Positions 28,275 to 42,724 of a DNA stretch of 64,000 nt are shown piece after piece (positions within the stretch are counted from its first letter, which is position 1; each line of letters starts with the position of its first letter). Below the pieces are notes generated by a model. That model was given only the letters and a program-made list of their open reading frames with translations. It had not been told where the DNA came from and ran no database searches. Made by a program: the position numbers and the translations under genes. Source of the DNA: Octopus vulgaris (lineage: Eukaryota); NCBI GenBank assembly GCA_951406725.2, contig OX597824.1, positions 1,674,001-1,738,000 of the forward strand, given 5' to 3'.

Positions 28275-28700
28275 TAGGCCATTGAAAACGGTTTAGAATT
28301 TATCAATGAAATTCTTTTCTCTGACTTTTCTCTCGACTTCACTCGAATTGTGAAGTTTGTAGAACGGGAATATTATAAACATTTTCTGACCACATATTGA
28401 CAGGTGTTTGCTTAAATTGTTCCGATAGACATCAGAGACGGTCTTTATGTTCTCCTAAGATAGACTAAATTCAGTTCTCTGTGTCTCAACTAAGAGAACA
28501 CGACGTTTACTTATCCACACCATGTACTGCTTCCTTAGTTGGAAATATGGAAAAAGCAAGAGGGGCGATTATAACACTTCCTGAATTTCATATGACAGTT
28601 TTATTATTATATTTTGTTCATCTCCTTCACAGAAACACTTTCTTTCCAATCCATGAACTGATAATCGATACGAAGTATATATTTTCAGCTGAGATTCTTA
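28275..28700 (-). mobile_element. Penelope-like element GIY-YIG C-terminal remnant
   Basis: Minus strand: LSKHLSICGQKMFIIFPFYKLHNSSEVERKVREKNFIDKF*TVFNG. Confidence 0.75.
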
Positions 28701-29279
28701 CTTTCACTTCAAATACGACCATTAAAATTGTTTCCGCTGTATAAGATCCGCTGGCAGAGACTTCACAGATCACATATGATCTCTTAACAGTGCAAGTCTT
28801 AAGGTCGCGCTTACTAGTATAACGTCCATAGTTACCAACGCCATGGATGCCATCATAATATTGATATACCATCTGAATGCGAATCAACATCACCAGCATC
28901 ATTGGCTGTGGCAATGAGAAAGGCAATAAAATTCATTGTTAAGATGTTCACCTTACTGAGTTCCGTACCAACCAACTTCAGCTCTATGTACAAACACTAC
29001 GCTAATGATCGATGAAAAATTTAGAAATACATTCTTATCTGCACGCATTATCAACTAGATTTACTATTCATGCTAGCAAAGAAAATAAACGCAAATCCAC
29101 AAATCAAAAAGATCGCCGTCACCATCAAGACTGTTCAGTCTGCCAACTTCGTCTTCAAAGAATCGCCATCAATAATAGACTTGAGCTTCCATTCTTAGAA
29201 CCACGCTGCCTACGTTTATGTTATATTTTTTCTTTGACTGACTGGGAACATATTTCAATGACAGGCGCTTTCTCAAGCC

Positions 29280-29410
29280 ATAATTAAAAGTAACAACTGG
29301 TGTATTTCAGGAATTTTACAAGCTACCAGCAAGCCATCAACAATCGCCAGCATTCACCATTAATGGAAATACTATGAAAACCTTGAGCCACGTGACAGAT
29401 TCTATCTGCA
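29280..29410 (+). mobile_element. Possible RTE reverse transcriptase remnant
   Basis: EFYKLPASHQQSPAFTINGNTMKTLSHVT resembles the RTE segment preceding YLG. Confidence 0.35.
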
Positions 29411-29500
29411 TTACCTTTACTTCGACCCTCATTAATAACGACCAACATCATCACTAATCTACTAATAACCATTACCTTTACCAACAACAACAACGTTAAT

Positions 29501-29718
29501 ATTGGTTTCAAATTTTGACACGAGGCCAGCAGGTTAGCGGAGGGGCTAAGGTGATTACATCGACACCGGTATTCATCTGGTATTTATTTTTTCAACCCAG
29601 AACAGATGAAAGGCAAATGCGACTTTGGCAGAATTTGAACGCAGAACGTTGCTGTGACGGGCGAAATGCAGCTTACTATTTTGCCTGGCGTGCTAACCTT
29701 TCTGCCAGCTCGCCACCT
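29501..29718 (-). mobile_element. SINE family A (partial second copy at 29795-29905)
   Basis: Full-length match to the family; head gctaacctttctgccagctcgccacc. Confidence 0.85.
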
Positions 29719-29915
29719 TAGCAACAACAACAGCAACAACAACAAGAACAACAACATAAAGAACAACAATAATAATGATAATAACGAATTCGGAGTTTGG
29801 CACAAGGAGAATGGCTATTTTGCAGACCCAAAGGAAAGTAAAGCAAAGTTGACCTCGGCGAGATTTGAGTTCAGAATGTAAAGAGCCGGAAAAAATATTA
29901 GAAGGTATTTATTAA

Positions 29916-29968
<53 letters not shown>

Positions 29969-30485
29969 CAATAATAATAATAATAATGATAGTAATAATG
30001 ATAATAATAATAATTGTATTCACAATGATAATACATCCACTCCCCACAGCAACCGGAAAAGAAACATAACAATAGTTTTCACGATTTCTATACGGCAACT
30101 TCGAGATAGTAATGTTACAGAAAACGGTTTGATGATCAAAGTAACTTTATCGATAAGTATCGATCGATAGAAACCTAAATGTTTGATCTTTGCTTATATA
30201 TTCCTGGCCTTACCGAAGTCAGATGTATAGATTAGTTCGGTAACTGTAAAAATATATTAGAGTAAGAAAGAAACGCAAGAATAGATAGACAGTGAAACAA
30301 GTAGAGAGGTTGGATGATGGGGAAAGACAGAGAGCCAAAAAGGTATATGAGTAATGCTTCTGTAAAAATATTCAAATAACTTGGCAACAAATTGTACAGT
30401 GAAAGTTATATGTAGGTGTTGACTGTGATTCAAGTTTCATCCCTCACTATTAATTAAAGCTTGACTATCCTTGAGATATAATCAA

Positions 30486-30565
<80 letters not shown>

Positions 30566-30571
<6 letters not shown>

Positions 30572-30925
30572 TTTAAGAGGACAACAAATGTTAAGGCAAG
30601 GCAAACGTCTCAAGTCGTATACATTATTATCATTGGGAAAAAATTCAAAGTCTTACAGCTGTTTCTGGTATATCCCAGAGAATGGGATATTCTGTCATCG
30701 GAGACAAATAGGGAAAATGAGGATATAGATTAATGAAATGAAGAGTAAAGGAATAAAGGAGATGAATAAAGATAAAAAAGGAAGCATAAATGTTCACAAT
30801 TCAACTTCCCGATCGTGTAAAAGTAAGTCTATAAGTCCTTAGGTTCAATCCTGCTTAAATCCATGTAGGTTAAAGTCCTGATATTGTAACTATTAAGAAA
30901 AAGACGCGAACATATCAACGTTCAA
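30566..30925 (-). mobile_element. Hammerhead-carrying element family H2, copy 1
   Basis: Homologous to 35710-36100; both ends in (TA)n; minus strand 30650-30705 reads gtctCCGATGA...GAAACAGCTGTAagac. Confidence 0.8.
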
Positions 30926-32042
30926 AATATATTTATATATATATATATATTATTAATGATGATAATAAAGATAACGGAGGTTTTTCACATTCATCAGTAT
31001 ATTTAATATTTATTTACAGCGTCCTTCTCTGGACATACGTGAATTTCAACTGTTGTATATGAAACCTGGAGTAATGGTCATTGCAATTTCATCGAGGTTT
31101 TTCATGACGTTTTGAAGTGAAGCTGAAGGTATCAGCGAACTGAATGAATTTTTTTTTAGGAGATATGGGTGCTACTATTAATGGATGTAGGAATCTTGAC
31201 CAAGAGTTCACCTCCCACTTGTGATACGGGTGAACCCATTGGCAAGACAATGCACTGAGCTGTTTTGTCGTGTTGCAAGAACTCTCTGCGAGACGTCGGC
31301 ATCCAGGGATTACGTCACCGATCGCTATTGAATGCACGTCACGTGACGAGCTTCTTCTTTGTATCAGATCATTTTACTTGTATTTTTTAGTTGGAAGGCA
31401 CTTATCTTAGCAGTAATAATACATCCCAGTATGTCCCTTATGACGAGAGCATGCAAACCTCTGCTAAGTAAGGGTCTGTTCTGCAGTAGGGTTCTAGGTA
31501 CTAATCGTATAGTTTTCATGCAGTGACTTTTGCTGTCATATTTACATTTACTTCGTGTATTGGTGGCTGGTTTCATTGGTTGTATCATTTATTTGTTTTG
31601 CCTTTTTTGGTGTATTACTACATTTTTCGTCCCTGCATGCGGCTTTTGATAGAGTCCTATTTCAGAAACAATCTCAACCACAAGTCGCTTACGTGTTAGA
31701 CTGAAAGTCCGATGGCAGCAATTTTGAATGAGACTTTTAAAAATAATATCCCGGGACTGTCATCCTTTCTGGGAAGGCTTACGAGATATATGTCAGCTTT
31801 GCTTGATACATTATCACGAATTGACATTTGCTTTGTACATCTTAGAGGTGGTCCGCTTGATATCCTTCTCCTCCTCCTTCTTCTTCTTTTTATTTTTAAT
31901 ACAGATTGAAGGGAACATTCCCAGGTACAAATATTTCATTCTTGTCTTTGATAACATAATTATTAGCGAACTAATCTAACTTTCGGAGGTACAATGGAAT
32001 ACCTCACATGCACACAGATATATACATTCATATATCTTTCTG

Positions 32043-32106
<64 letters not shown>

Positions 32107-32894
32107 GCTAGCTATCTATCTATATATATAAAACTGCTGTGCTTAGCGTTGCATATCTGTCTATCTATATATATAATATGCATATGCGTGCGTGTATAAT
32201 TATAAATATTACATTTCCGTCGATGCATTTCATTAGCGTCCTACATCTACGTACATGAACGTTGACTAATACGTTACATCTAATCACAACAATTATGCTG
32301 AAGTCTTTGCTTGCTGCTGTAACAAATGGATAATGCAGTCAGCATATCTCGAAAGCATATCTTCACGCAAACATACACATACGCAACCCATTCACAAAGA
32401 CACACACACACAGGTATAGTTGTGGGTGTGTAAACTTATAGATCAGAGACTGGCAGACAGAGACGACCTGTATATATATATACATGTGTGTGCGTGTGTG
32501 TGTGTGTGTATAATTTATACTAATATATATATTTATATATATACATTCACACACTCTGACATGTAGAGAAACACACACACGTATGTATGTATGTATGTAG
32601 GCGTATATATGAAGTTCTATAAAGGTAGAACTAAACAAATTGATTGCTTTACTTATATTCAGTCATGCAGTGTGTGTGTGTGTGGTTTTGTATGTGTTTA
32701 GTGAGAGTGTATATTTGTATGTTTATGGCAACAGATTCAAGGATAACAAAGAGAAAGTGTTAAATATATTTAGAAATAGAAACGATGGATGGTTTGAGCA
32801 AATGATATCTCTTGAGAAGCCATACAGCAGGTGACTGAAATTTCAGTTGGGAAGGGAGAAAGCAATTATCTTGGTAAACATCAGACGCTGAACT

Positions 32895-32897
<3 letters not shown>

Positions 32898-32947
<50 letters not shown>

Positions 32948-33180
32948 ATACATATATAAATACATATATATATACATATATATACACACATACATATATA
33001 TATATATGTATATATATATATGTATATACATATATAAATACATATATATATATGTATATATATATGTATATACATATATAAATACATATATATATACATA
33101 TATATATACACACATATATGCATATACATATATATATATTTATACACACACATACGTATATATACACATATATGTATATA

Positions 33181-33244
<64 letters not shown>

Positions 33245-33345
33245 TATAGATATATATATATATACATACATTTATATATACATATATATACAAACATTCA
33301 TATATACATATACTTACATATATATATAAAGAGGGAGGGGGATAT

Positions 33346-33382
<37 letters not shown>
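32898..33382. repeat. Compound (TA)n/(TACA) microsatellite with internal duplications
   Basis: Direct reading. Confidence 0.95.
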
Positions 33383-33389
<7 letters not shown>

Positions 33390-33947
33390 AACTTTATGTC
33401 GCTTAGCAACGGCGTAAGAAATGTCTTAACCAGTGCAGTATAAAAGTCCTTGGCGAATTGAAGCGAAATCATTTCACCCGGCTTATATAACCGTAACAAA
33501 ATATCAAGGATAATGTTAAACAAAGACGAATCCTTCAGCTAACAATATACATATTTTTCCGACTCTCGAATATATATTTGAATAATTGGAGTTAAATTTC
33601 AAGACCTCCACGAAAATATATAAATAGTTACTTTCACATTTACAATCTGTCAGTTTTTTTATTATCACAACTTCTAAAGCTTTACATAATCACAACACTT
33701 CAGAAAACTCGTGTGATATTTTAACATTTTATTTTAGTTTTGATTCGTACACGCAGCGGAAATTTTTTTAAGAAGTACAATAATAGAGTTTAAGCTTTTC
33801 CAGGTTTGAAATTCAGCAAAACATTTAATTAAAACAGACATTTCTCTATTGAATGCTCTGCATTATATTTTTGCGTTAAGTTTGTTGCTATTTGACATGA
33901 AGGTGTCTGCATAGGATGCGATTGATGAAAATCTGCCGACCAGATTT

Positions 33948-33983
33948 GACCAGATTTGACCAGATTTGACCAGGCATTACTTA
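33948..33983. repeat. 10-bp tandem repeat (gaccagattt) x3.5
   Basis: Direct reading. Confidence 0.9.
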
Positions 33984-34832
33984 TTGATACTTAAAATAAC
34001 ACTATAGTCAGAAAATTAGGGTCCAAGGAAACAAATGAGCTCTGTATTCACATACCGAAAGATGATAATAATTTCTAAATAATATTTAAAGTGTTTGTTG
34101 GTAGGCAAACAGAGTTAGTCTCTAGATTTCTTCTTTATCATATTCGGTGCCAATCTGGCTTATATGCTTTTGAACAGATTTTTCGAAAGTTTTATAAAAC
34201 ACTCTACTCCTTAAATAAAGATTGAGCATCAAATGTTTTTGACTTGAATGAATATTTACATTTGTTGAAATTAGTCTAATTAGAAATTGAGTTTGGTTCA
34301 CAGTTCCAAAGTTCATAAATTCTTATTGTTATTGCGAACTGGGCGAATCCAACATGGTTCGAGTAAAAGCCTGCAGAATTTGCAATGAGATGAAAGTGTG
34401 ACAAAAATAAATATTGTAATAAATGTACTAACACTTAATAGATTGTGTAATGCCAATAGAATTTTCAAAATTGTAGTTGAGGAACAATATGCACAAATTA
34501 TCGCGGACATGCGCAGAATAATCGAAATGCTATTTTTTAAATACAAATATACATTGTATTTACTGGCGATCATTTTGGCCATGCTATGATGTATTGTGGT
34601 CTCCAGTGGTTTATGAGGGCAAGTAAATGCTTGAAGTTTGCGGTATAACTTTAAAAAACGGTTAAACAAAGATGAGTAGAGTGGTGTGCATATTCTTACC
34701 CTGTCTGGCACGAATTTAATATCCATTCGTCACATTCAGTTAAACTCATAAAATATGACAAACGACAGCGTACAACATAAAAGTCTAATCTGATAATGTC
34801 AATTGATAAGGGAGTTCAAAGACAAGACAATG

Positions 34833-34877
<45 letters not shown>

Positions 34878-35133
34878 CGCGAAAATCTTTAAAAATGTGA
34901 AATATAGGTGATCTAGAGAAAAAAGAGAAGCCTGTTCTGACAAAAGAGCGACATATTCAGATATTAGATTTAAATACATAATGTCTCTTTTAGTAACTTT
35001 TAGTTTCAATATATTCAAATACCGCTCAAAAATGAATGCACATAACATTGATATAAAAGAAATGTAAATTATCTCCAAAGATATACATGCACATTCACAC
35101 ACATATGCAAGTTGTTAATAAATTATCGAACGA

Positions 35134-35169
<36 letters not shown>

Positions 35170-35511
35170 TATCATTCTCATGTTCTTAAGAATGAAATCA
35201 ACCTCTCTGTCTATATATCTACCCTCTTTATAATGTTGGCAAATGAAATAGAGATAAGAATGTGCATTGTCCGTTTGATTGGAAAATTTCTATAAGTCGC
35301 TGAAGATTGCTCGACATTTTAAAACTGATGTAATACTTACAGTGTTTAATAAAATGAAGTAGCATGAAACGATTGTACCACATTACCTCAGATATACTTG
35401 TTGTTTATTTTAATTATATTCACCCCATAGATTTATATGGATAATACCATACAAAATTCTGGTACCTTTGACTTTAAGTACCATATTCATCCGAACCTAA
35501 ATTTTGCTGAA

Positions 35512-35575
<64 letters not shown>

Positions 35576-35709
35576 CATATATATAAGTATGGGTGTTTAG
35601 TTCACAGGTGATCTAAACGATTAGGTAGGCTAGGTGGTTACGGTACCGGATTACAAGGGCTCCAAGGTGGGAGTTATGGAGCCATTGCAGATTTCTGATG
35701 CAGCAGATA

Positions 35710-36100
35710 TATAATTGTTTAAGAGAACGATAAACATTGAGGCAAGGCAAACATCTCAAGTCGTATACAATATCATTATTGGAAAAAAATTCTGTCTTAC
35801 ATCTGTTTCTGGGATATCCCCGAGTATGGGATATTCCGTCATCAGAGAATAATAGGGAGGGGGAAATAGGGAAAATGAGATTGGTATATATTAATGACAT
35901 GACGACACAGAGGAAGGCAAGAAAAGAATAAGGAGATGGAAAAAAAGAAGAAAAACGAAGCATAGCAGTTCATAGTTCAATTTTCCGAAGTTATAGAAAT
36001 CAGAGCATAAGTCCTTAGGTGCAACCCTGCGCAGATCCATGTGGGTTCAAATCTTGATATTGTAGACATCCAGAAAAAAGAGGTGAACATGTCAGCGTTC
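35710..36100 (-). mobile_element. Hammerhead-carrying element family H2, copy 2
   Basis: Collinear with 30566-30925. Confidence 0.8.
35794..35848 (-). ncRNA. Minimal type I hammerhead ribozyme motif
   Basis: tctCTGATGA c GGAATATCCC..GGGATATCCC a GAAAC agat GTA aga: intact core, long stem II, short stems I and III. Confidence 0.7.
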
Positions 36101-36198
36101 AATTTTCACGAATGTATTCGATATGTTTACATATTATTAGAGAAAATTCTGCACGTATAGTTATGTACTTATGCATATATGAACGTATGCATGCATGG

Positions 36199-36229
<31 letters not shown>

Positions 36230-36470
36230 TTGAGAGAGAGAGAGATTGAGAGTGAGAAAGGAACATATATAAGGGAATATATATTTTTTTATGTATACAT
36301 GAATTCTGGTTAGAAAACTAGGTCGGCTTCAAATAACACTAGCAACATGTTCTATGATAATTAATGCACGCACATTTATTCATAAATATAATTGGCTTAT
36401 TACAGAAACTAGAAACAAAGTGTGTAGACGTCATGCAATAAAGAGATGCAAGTGTCTTCTAGTAATGCTC

Positions 36471-36525
<55 letters not shown>

Positions 36526-37929
36526 CTGTGTGTGCGTGTGTGTGTGTATGAATACAAATGCATATATATTTGTAGATGGTTTCGTATGTGCCTGTACGTG
36601 TGTGTTCGTGTGCATGCATATGTGTCTCTGCATAAGAGAGAATATTTGAATCATCTTTATGATTGAAGTAATTCTAACCATTTAATGATTTAATTCATAG
36701 CAAAGTTTGGCCAGAGCCAACCTTTCAGCGAAATAAGAGTAAATATGCAACAATCCAACTATGGAACGTTTATTCGGTTATTGGTCTGAGTAAGCACACT
36801 TTTTCTAGTGTATCACCTTTATTGGTATATTATGTATAACTTAATGTGTACACACATTTACGAGTACCAATATATTACATACAATATGACACATTCATAT
36901 ACGCATATATACATACATACATACATTTGTATACATACATGCATTCATACATACATACATAATGTCTATATCTTGTGTATTTCTAAAGAAATTGGAAGCA
37001 TGAGTATCTCTCATGTAATCGAACGAAACAACCTATTCATGTTTATCATAGAAGCTGGAATCAATATTTACTAGCAGAACGGTCAGATTGACAGAACGCA
37101 GTATAAGCTCTGCTATTCAGACTCCTTGTGGCATTCAGATTAGGTACATCAATGTTGAATCATCTCAAAGGATTTCCTTTTACAACACAATGCTGACCTT
37201 TGTAGTGTAAACTTCTTTTAAAAATTAATACAAAGCAGTTGCTTAACACAGCCCAGAGGTGACCTGGTCGATCTTTAGTCAGAAAATACGGAATTTTAAA
37301 AAAAATACAGAAACTTGTATTCACCAGTTGCGACTAAGGAAGATAATCTCTCTTCTTTCCTAACGTGAATTCTCAATTCGTTCGACATAATTCAAACTGT
37401 ACATCAGTGGGTCTTGACGGGAATTTATATCTGAGCTTATCGTCAATTAAATGTGTCCACAAATGTTCATCTAAACATGAAATGAGTTTAATGAAAGACA
37501 GAGTCGAGATTTGTGCTTTGGGACTTTTTAAGTTTGAAGCAAATAACGTTAGTTCCATGATGTTAGAGTATAACGTTCCGAGAGGACATAAGAGGGTAAT
37601 ATGACGTCATTGAGAGGAAGAGACAATGACATTTGCTACCAATCTACAGGACAGTAACTACACTTCTTACGTGGCGCTTTTTTGTTTTTATTCTTTCACT
37701 GTCCTCAATCATGGGCATGCTATAGGAGTAATTTTTCGTTTATACTAACTACGGTATATATTTTCAAGCTTGCAACTATTTTCCAGAACTATTTCTGTAA
37801 TCGGTAAGATGCAAAACAAGATAGAACGAAATATCTTAGCACAAAGGTTTGTCACTGGACAAAACAACCAGTTTAAGGACAAGCACAGAGAAACAGTCAC
37901 AATGAAATGCATATATACGTGTGTTTGTG

Positions 37930-37987
<58 letters not shown>

Positions 37988-38044
37988 TGAGTGACGGCTG
38001 TCGATTCATTAAACGAGTATGGTAAGTGCTGACAAAATAAACTG

Positions 38045-38400
38045 CATGCAAGCATTGCATGTTGTGAGTGTGCCGATGACACTTGAAGCCTGCCAGCGAC
38101 CTACAGAACACATTGCAGATTCGATATTTGTAGAAATTCTTCTAACTTCTTGAGTAATCCGATCATTCTGATAACTTCCTCTATGCACCCTCATGTACTG
38201 ACAAAAATCTGAGCGATTCATACACGTTTTCTAGCAACAATGTATGTGAAGTTGGTTCCGGCAAGAAAGTTGTTGTAGTTTATATTCCACGCGGTTTGCC
38301 TTCCTACTCCTGTTCTGAACACATTCCAAACAATTCCTTTAAGTTAGTCTTGAATTGCTTTTTTAGTTCCTGTAGCGATCGAGTGCCGTGCTAAACTATT
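38045..38400 (-). mobile_element. RTE-clade LINE C-terminal remnant
   Basis: GTRSLQELKKQFKTNLK...MFCRSLAGFKCHRHTH, matching the RTE terminal C2H2-like motif. Confidence 0.65.
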
Positions 38401-38655
38401 TATTCATATTTTATGTAATAACGCTTAGACGAATTATTAAAGGATGGACCAAACCGAGGGAAGCGACGAAAGGAGAAAATAAATAAAAGGATGTAGAGGA
38501 GGGTATAATATCCAGAAAATCGGGGTTTTAAGCATAAGATGGATATAATAGGGACAAAGAATTCATTTATGTTCATCTCTTAATTTGGCGAGAATATTTA
38601 TGGCTATGACCAATTACAGGGCCTCCGACACTAATGAGAAACATAAAGTTAAAAG

Positions 38656-39110
38656 CATACTCGTGGTCCGAATGCTTGCAATGCAGTGATCTGCGCTAAA
38701 GATGCAGAGTATAATATTAAACCTGGTGACAGATTGAGAATGAGACCCAATTAGACCACGACAGTCAAAATATGGGGAAAAAACAATTAAGAAATTCCGT
38801 TCGAATTTTCAGCACTTTAAAGCTCTCGATTGGTTATTTTCTTTTTTCTTTTTTTCCAGGAGAAAGACAAAGATGACTTTGTCTGATCTGTATGGCAAAC
38901 GAATTTGTCCGATATTTCTGAGATTCATTTAATTTATCGGCAGCCACCGACACCAAAATAGTGCAAATCTCCGTGTATAATGTTATTAAATACAGCTCAG
39001 TGGGTCAGTGGTAAATTCAGCTTTGATTTCCGTTGGTGCCAATGGAAAATATGAACAGTTATATACTGAGGCGTCAAAGATCTTCGAAGCAATATAATAT
39101 ATAAAAGGGA
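38656..39110 (+). pseudogene. Candidate endogenous viral element: RdRp pre-motif A and motif A of a negative-sense RNA virus L gene
   Basis: With frameshifts: VICAKDAEYNIKPG ... RQ/KMTLSDLY/MANEFVRYF ... KFSFDFRWCQWK/YEQLYTEASKIFEAI*; order and spacing fit KExE.K.GR ... D..KWC..WRYE...LDE.YG. Confidence 0.55.
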
Positions 39111-39253
39111 AAAGACAAGAATCCTCATAGGTAGATGTCTTTCTAAAAGTCCTAATTAACCATGGAACGTGGTAAATAAAATGTTTCGTTAGAGACCTAC
39201 AACATTATATCTGAATAAATATAATGTTTAGAATAGTCATTTATAGCTGTATA

Positions 39254-39313
<60 letters not shown>

Positions 39314-39522
39314 GTACTGTTCCGTGACAGAAAATTCAACAAACAAGGTGGCTCCATCTGGTGAGAGATAAAAATTATTTATTTACAGGACACAGTACCT
39401 ATATATACACGATGTGATTCTCCGCCTCATACTGCGTTTCTTTGCATAACTAAACGAAATTTTATACAGGTTTAAATGACAAATGTAGAACAAAATAAAA
39501 GACATTTTAGGTTTTACAGTTC

Positions 39523-39658
39523 TATGTTTAAGAGATGAAGAATTATGTACATTATTTACATTATTTACAATTGACAGATATTTGTCCTCATCTTGTTTGT
39601 TGTTAATACAACGTTTCGGATGATAAACCCCCCAGCCTTCATCAGGTGTCTTGGGGAC
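39523..39658 (-). mobile_element. Hammerhead-carrying element family H3
   Basis: Minus strand 39606-39649: acacCTGATGAaGGCTG...CATCCGAAACGTTgtat. Confidence 0.7.
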
Positions 39659-40206
39659 TTCTAGTAACAAATAAACAGAGAGTAGTGATGTGTGCTTCAC
39701 CTATAAGCAATAAATCAAGATACCGCAATGCTGCATCAGATATTACTACTTTGGGACAAAAGCATGAACTTTTTAAAATTCTCTAATATATAACCAAACG
39801 GAGAGAGTTGACAAATTGTCTGAAGTCTTCCATAAATATATTTTTACAAATGGAAATATTTCACTCTGTGATGAAAGTTATGAAGATCAATATGTAAAAC
39901 GATAGATTGAATATAACCAATAACCAGGAGTGTCAATTACATTATAGTTTGAAATTCGTAAATATCTACATCTAATAATAATAAAACACTTTTCTTTGGG
40001 AATTCTAAACTGTAGCAACGTAATGATTTGTTCTCTTATCAAATATGAAAATATTGTTTATTTGATATCATGCAGATGTTTTAGAGTCTAAAGTTTGAAA
40101 TTGCAGTTTATTTTTTATGGAAACCAATCACTATTTCTCATTGAATAATATTGGAGCATTAAGGCACCGAGTTAAATAAGTACATTCAGAATATGGAAAG
40201 GAAATA

Positions 40207-40431
40207 CAGTTATGCCTTGCCATATCACGGTTCCCCTATCGCGGTTTACTATTTAAGCTTACCGCGATTCCTTCATGGTGTTGTTTTACATTTATAATAA
40301 AATAGATATATACAAATTATAAAAATAATAAGAAAAAATATACACCACAGTACTGTTTCTACTTCGCGGATTTTCACCTATCGCGGGCGGGTTTTGAAAC
40401 GTAACATCCGCGGTAGTCGAGGAACTTACTG
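40207..40431. mobile_element. Tigger/pogo-like MITE
   Basis: TA|cagttatgcctt...atatcacgg and ccgcggtagtcgaggaacttactg|TA: imperfect TIRs, TA TSD, internal atcgcgg motifs. Confidence 0.7.
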
Positions 40432-40463
40432 TATAACAACTGTAGCGTAAAGAATGTATGTAT

Positions 40464-40508
<45 letters not shown>

Positions 40509-41179
40509 GGCGTGTATGTAATACATTCATTCAAATATAACAAGAACATCAAATATATTCGAATTGATATAATCAAGCTTTAGAAAAATATTTGTATTCT
40601 TCTTTTTTAATGCATTCAACGTTTTCCATTAGGAAATTTAATTAGAGAAGGCACCATAAATCAGATGAGTTTATAAATTGGAAATGTAAACAAGTTTTGT
40701 TTCGCTCTAAAGTAATTTTTAAGCTGAAAGATGTTTGTCGAAAATTAAAGAATACTAAACGAACTAGCGAAAGTTTACAATTTCAGTTTTACTTTTCTTT
40801 TATTTTCATTTAAATTTTACCATTTCTGATTCACATATATCTTGTCAGAGAGACCTTAGGTAAACGTAAAATATTTAAGCTCAGATTTGAGATGTCAGAA
40901 ATGATGAATGTCTCACAGTTATAATTTACTCATCAATTCCGTATCTTGTACATTGGACATAATATGGCAGACTAGACACTGTATAATTTCACAGAGATTT
41001 GTACTTTTAATTATATGGTTCGTTTTAATGTACAGAATTATATATTTTGCTCGCTATTATAGACAAATATTAGGTTTTCTAAATGAATTGTCCTGATTTT
41101 TCACATTTACATAAAATAGCATGCGTTAGACTCCTGACTAAAAGGAGTCTGGACTCAAGAAGCGATGTGTTCTTGATCT

Positions 41180-41371
41180 AAATTTTTGGGGAGGGGTGGG
41201 GGGCACTCGATTAGATCGATCCCAGTATGCAACTAGTACTTAATTTATCGTTCCCGAAAGGATGGAAGGCAAAGTTACCTCGGCGGAATTTGGACTCAGA
41301 ACGTAAAGACAGACGAAATAGCGCTATGCATTTCGCCCGGCGTGCTAACGTTTCTGCCAGCGCGCGGCCTT
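41180..41371 (-). mobile_element. SINE family A with target-site duplication
   Basis: Flanked by tgtgttcttgatc at 41166-41178 and 41375-41387. Confidence 0.9.
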
Positions 41372-41504
41372 CGTTGTGTTCTTGATCAACGCTGTTGCCA
41401 AGGGACTTGTCCTTTCAGATACTTGGGCACCTTCGAAACCAAAACAAACTCTACCTTAAATTAGGATTTGGGCCACAGGTAGAGATTTATCAGCAAAATA
41501 TCAA

Positions 41505-41862
41505 GCGCAGCCATGATTGCGTAGTAAGAAGTTTGTTCTCCATCCACATGATTCCAGGTACATGATTCCGGGTACATGATTCCGGGTACATGATTTCCAT
41601 TGCGTGGCACCTTGGGTTGGTGTCTTCTACTGTAGCACCGACCAGAGAGTTGTGAGTGAACTTGGTTGACGGAAACTGAAAGAAGCTCGTCGCATGTATA
41701 TATGTATTGTATACACGTGCGCGTGCGTGTGTATGAGTGTGTGTGTGTTATTCACTACCGCGTGGAAACCGGTGTTGATGGGTTTACGTCCCCGTCAATA
41801 AGCAAAACCTCTTCACGGTGGTGCCCAAGTATGACCGCAGTCTGAAGGTTGAAACAAATGTA
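41505..41862 (+). mobile_element. SINE family B with an internal 14-bp tandem amplification
   Basis: Homologous to 2630-3035; acatgattccgggt repeated at 41547-41595. Confidence 0.8.
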
Positions 41863-41926
41863 AAAGCGATTTAACGAAATGATATGTGGCCTAGGTCTCT
41901 TCCATCTCTAGAACTTGGAGATTTTG

Positions 41927-41994
<68 letters not shown>

Positions 41995-42724
41995 GATAGA
42001 AAAAGAGAGACAGTAGACGGAAAGCGAATGAGTGTGTTAGTGAGAGGGAGACTACTTTCTTTGTTTGATAAAGCTAACGCTGATAAAATATCGCTAATCC
42101 AAAAATTGTAAAGTCATTAACAATATTGAGTAATTTAAGTAGATTTATTTGGACCGGAATCATTTATATACTTCATACGTCTGCTCCAAAAGATCGAAGG
42201 TGAACAATATCACTCTTTAACTGGTCGACCTCTCTTGAAGCACATCAACAATAAAATAAATATATACACAAACCACAAGATCAAACATTATTATCGATTT
42301 TCTTCGATAAATTTATATTTAATGGAAGCTTAACTATGGCATTGAATTTCGTCAATTTGGTTTACGTTTTTACTTATTATGGTCATCGGTGTTCGGCCAT
42401 GTTCCGGCACCGCCTAGATGGCTTCTATTCCTTTAATGTTTTATTGTTGTCTAATTGTCGAACCACTGCGGTAGAGGACACGTAAATAGATACGTTAGTT
42501 TCAAGTGATGCCAAAATAAAAGACGGATATGGACAGATACATACGCGTGCACACACACACGCGTAAATGTACATCTGCACACATTTACATCTTTTAAAAA
42601 ATGTATTACTTCCATATATTGCGGTGAACAAACATTTTCACACTCTCAGGCCTCAATTATTAATGTGAGAGCTGGTACGGTGAAATAGCAGGTCCGGCTT
42701 AGACTGTACTTTTCCATCTTCTGA

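Noticed and set aside
31030-31100. Minus-strand TCGATGA...GAAAT..GTA motif
   Set aside because: Core and stem I too degenerate to support
34313-34726. 137-aa ORF
   Set aside because: No recognisable motif or splice context; compatible with chance
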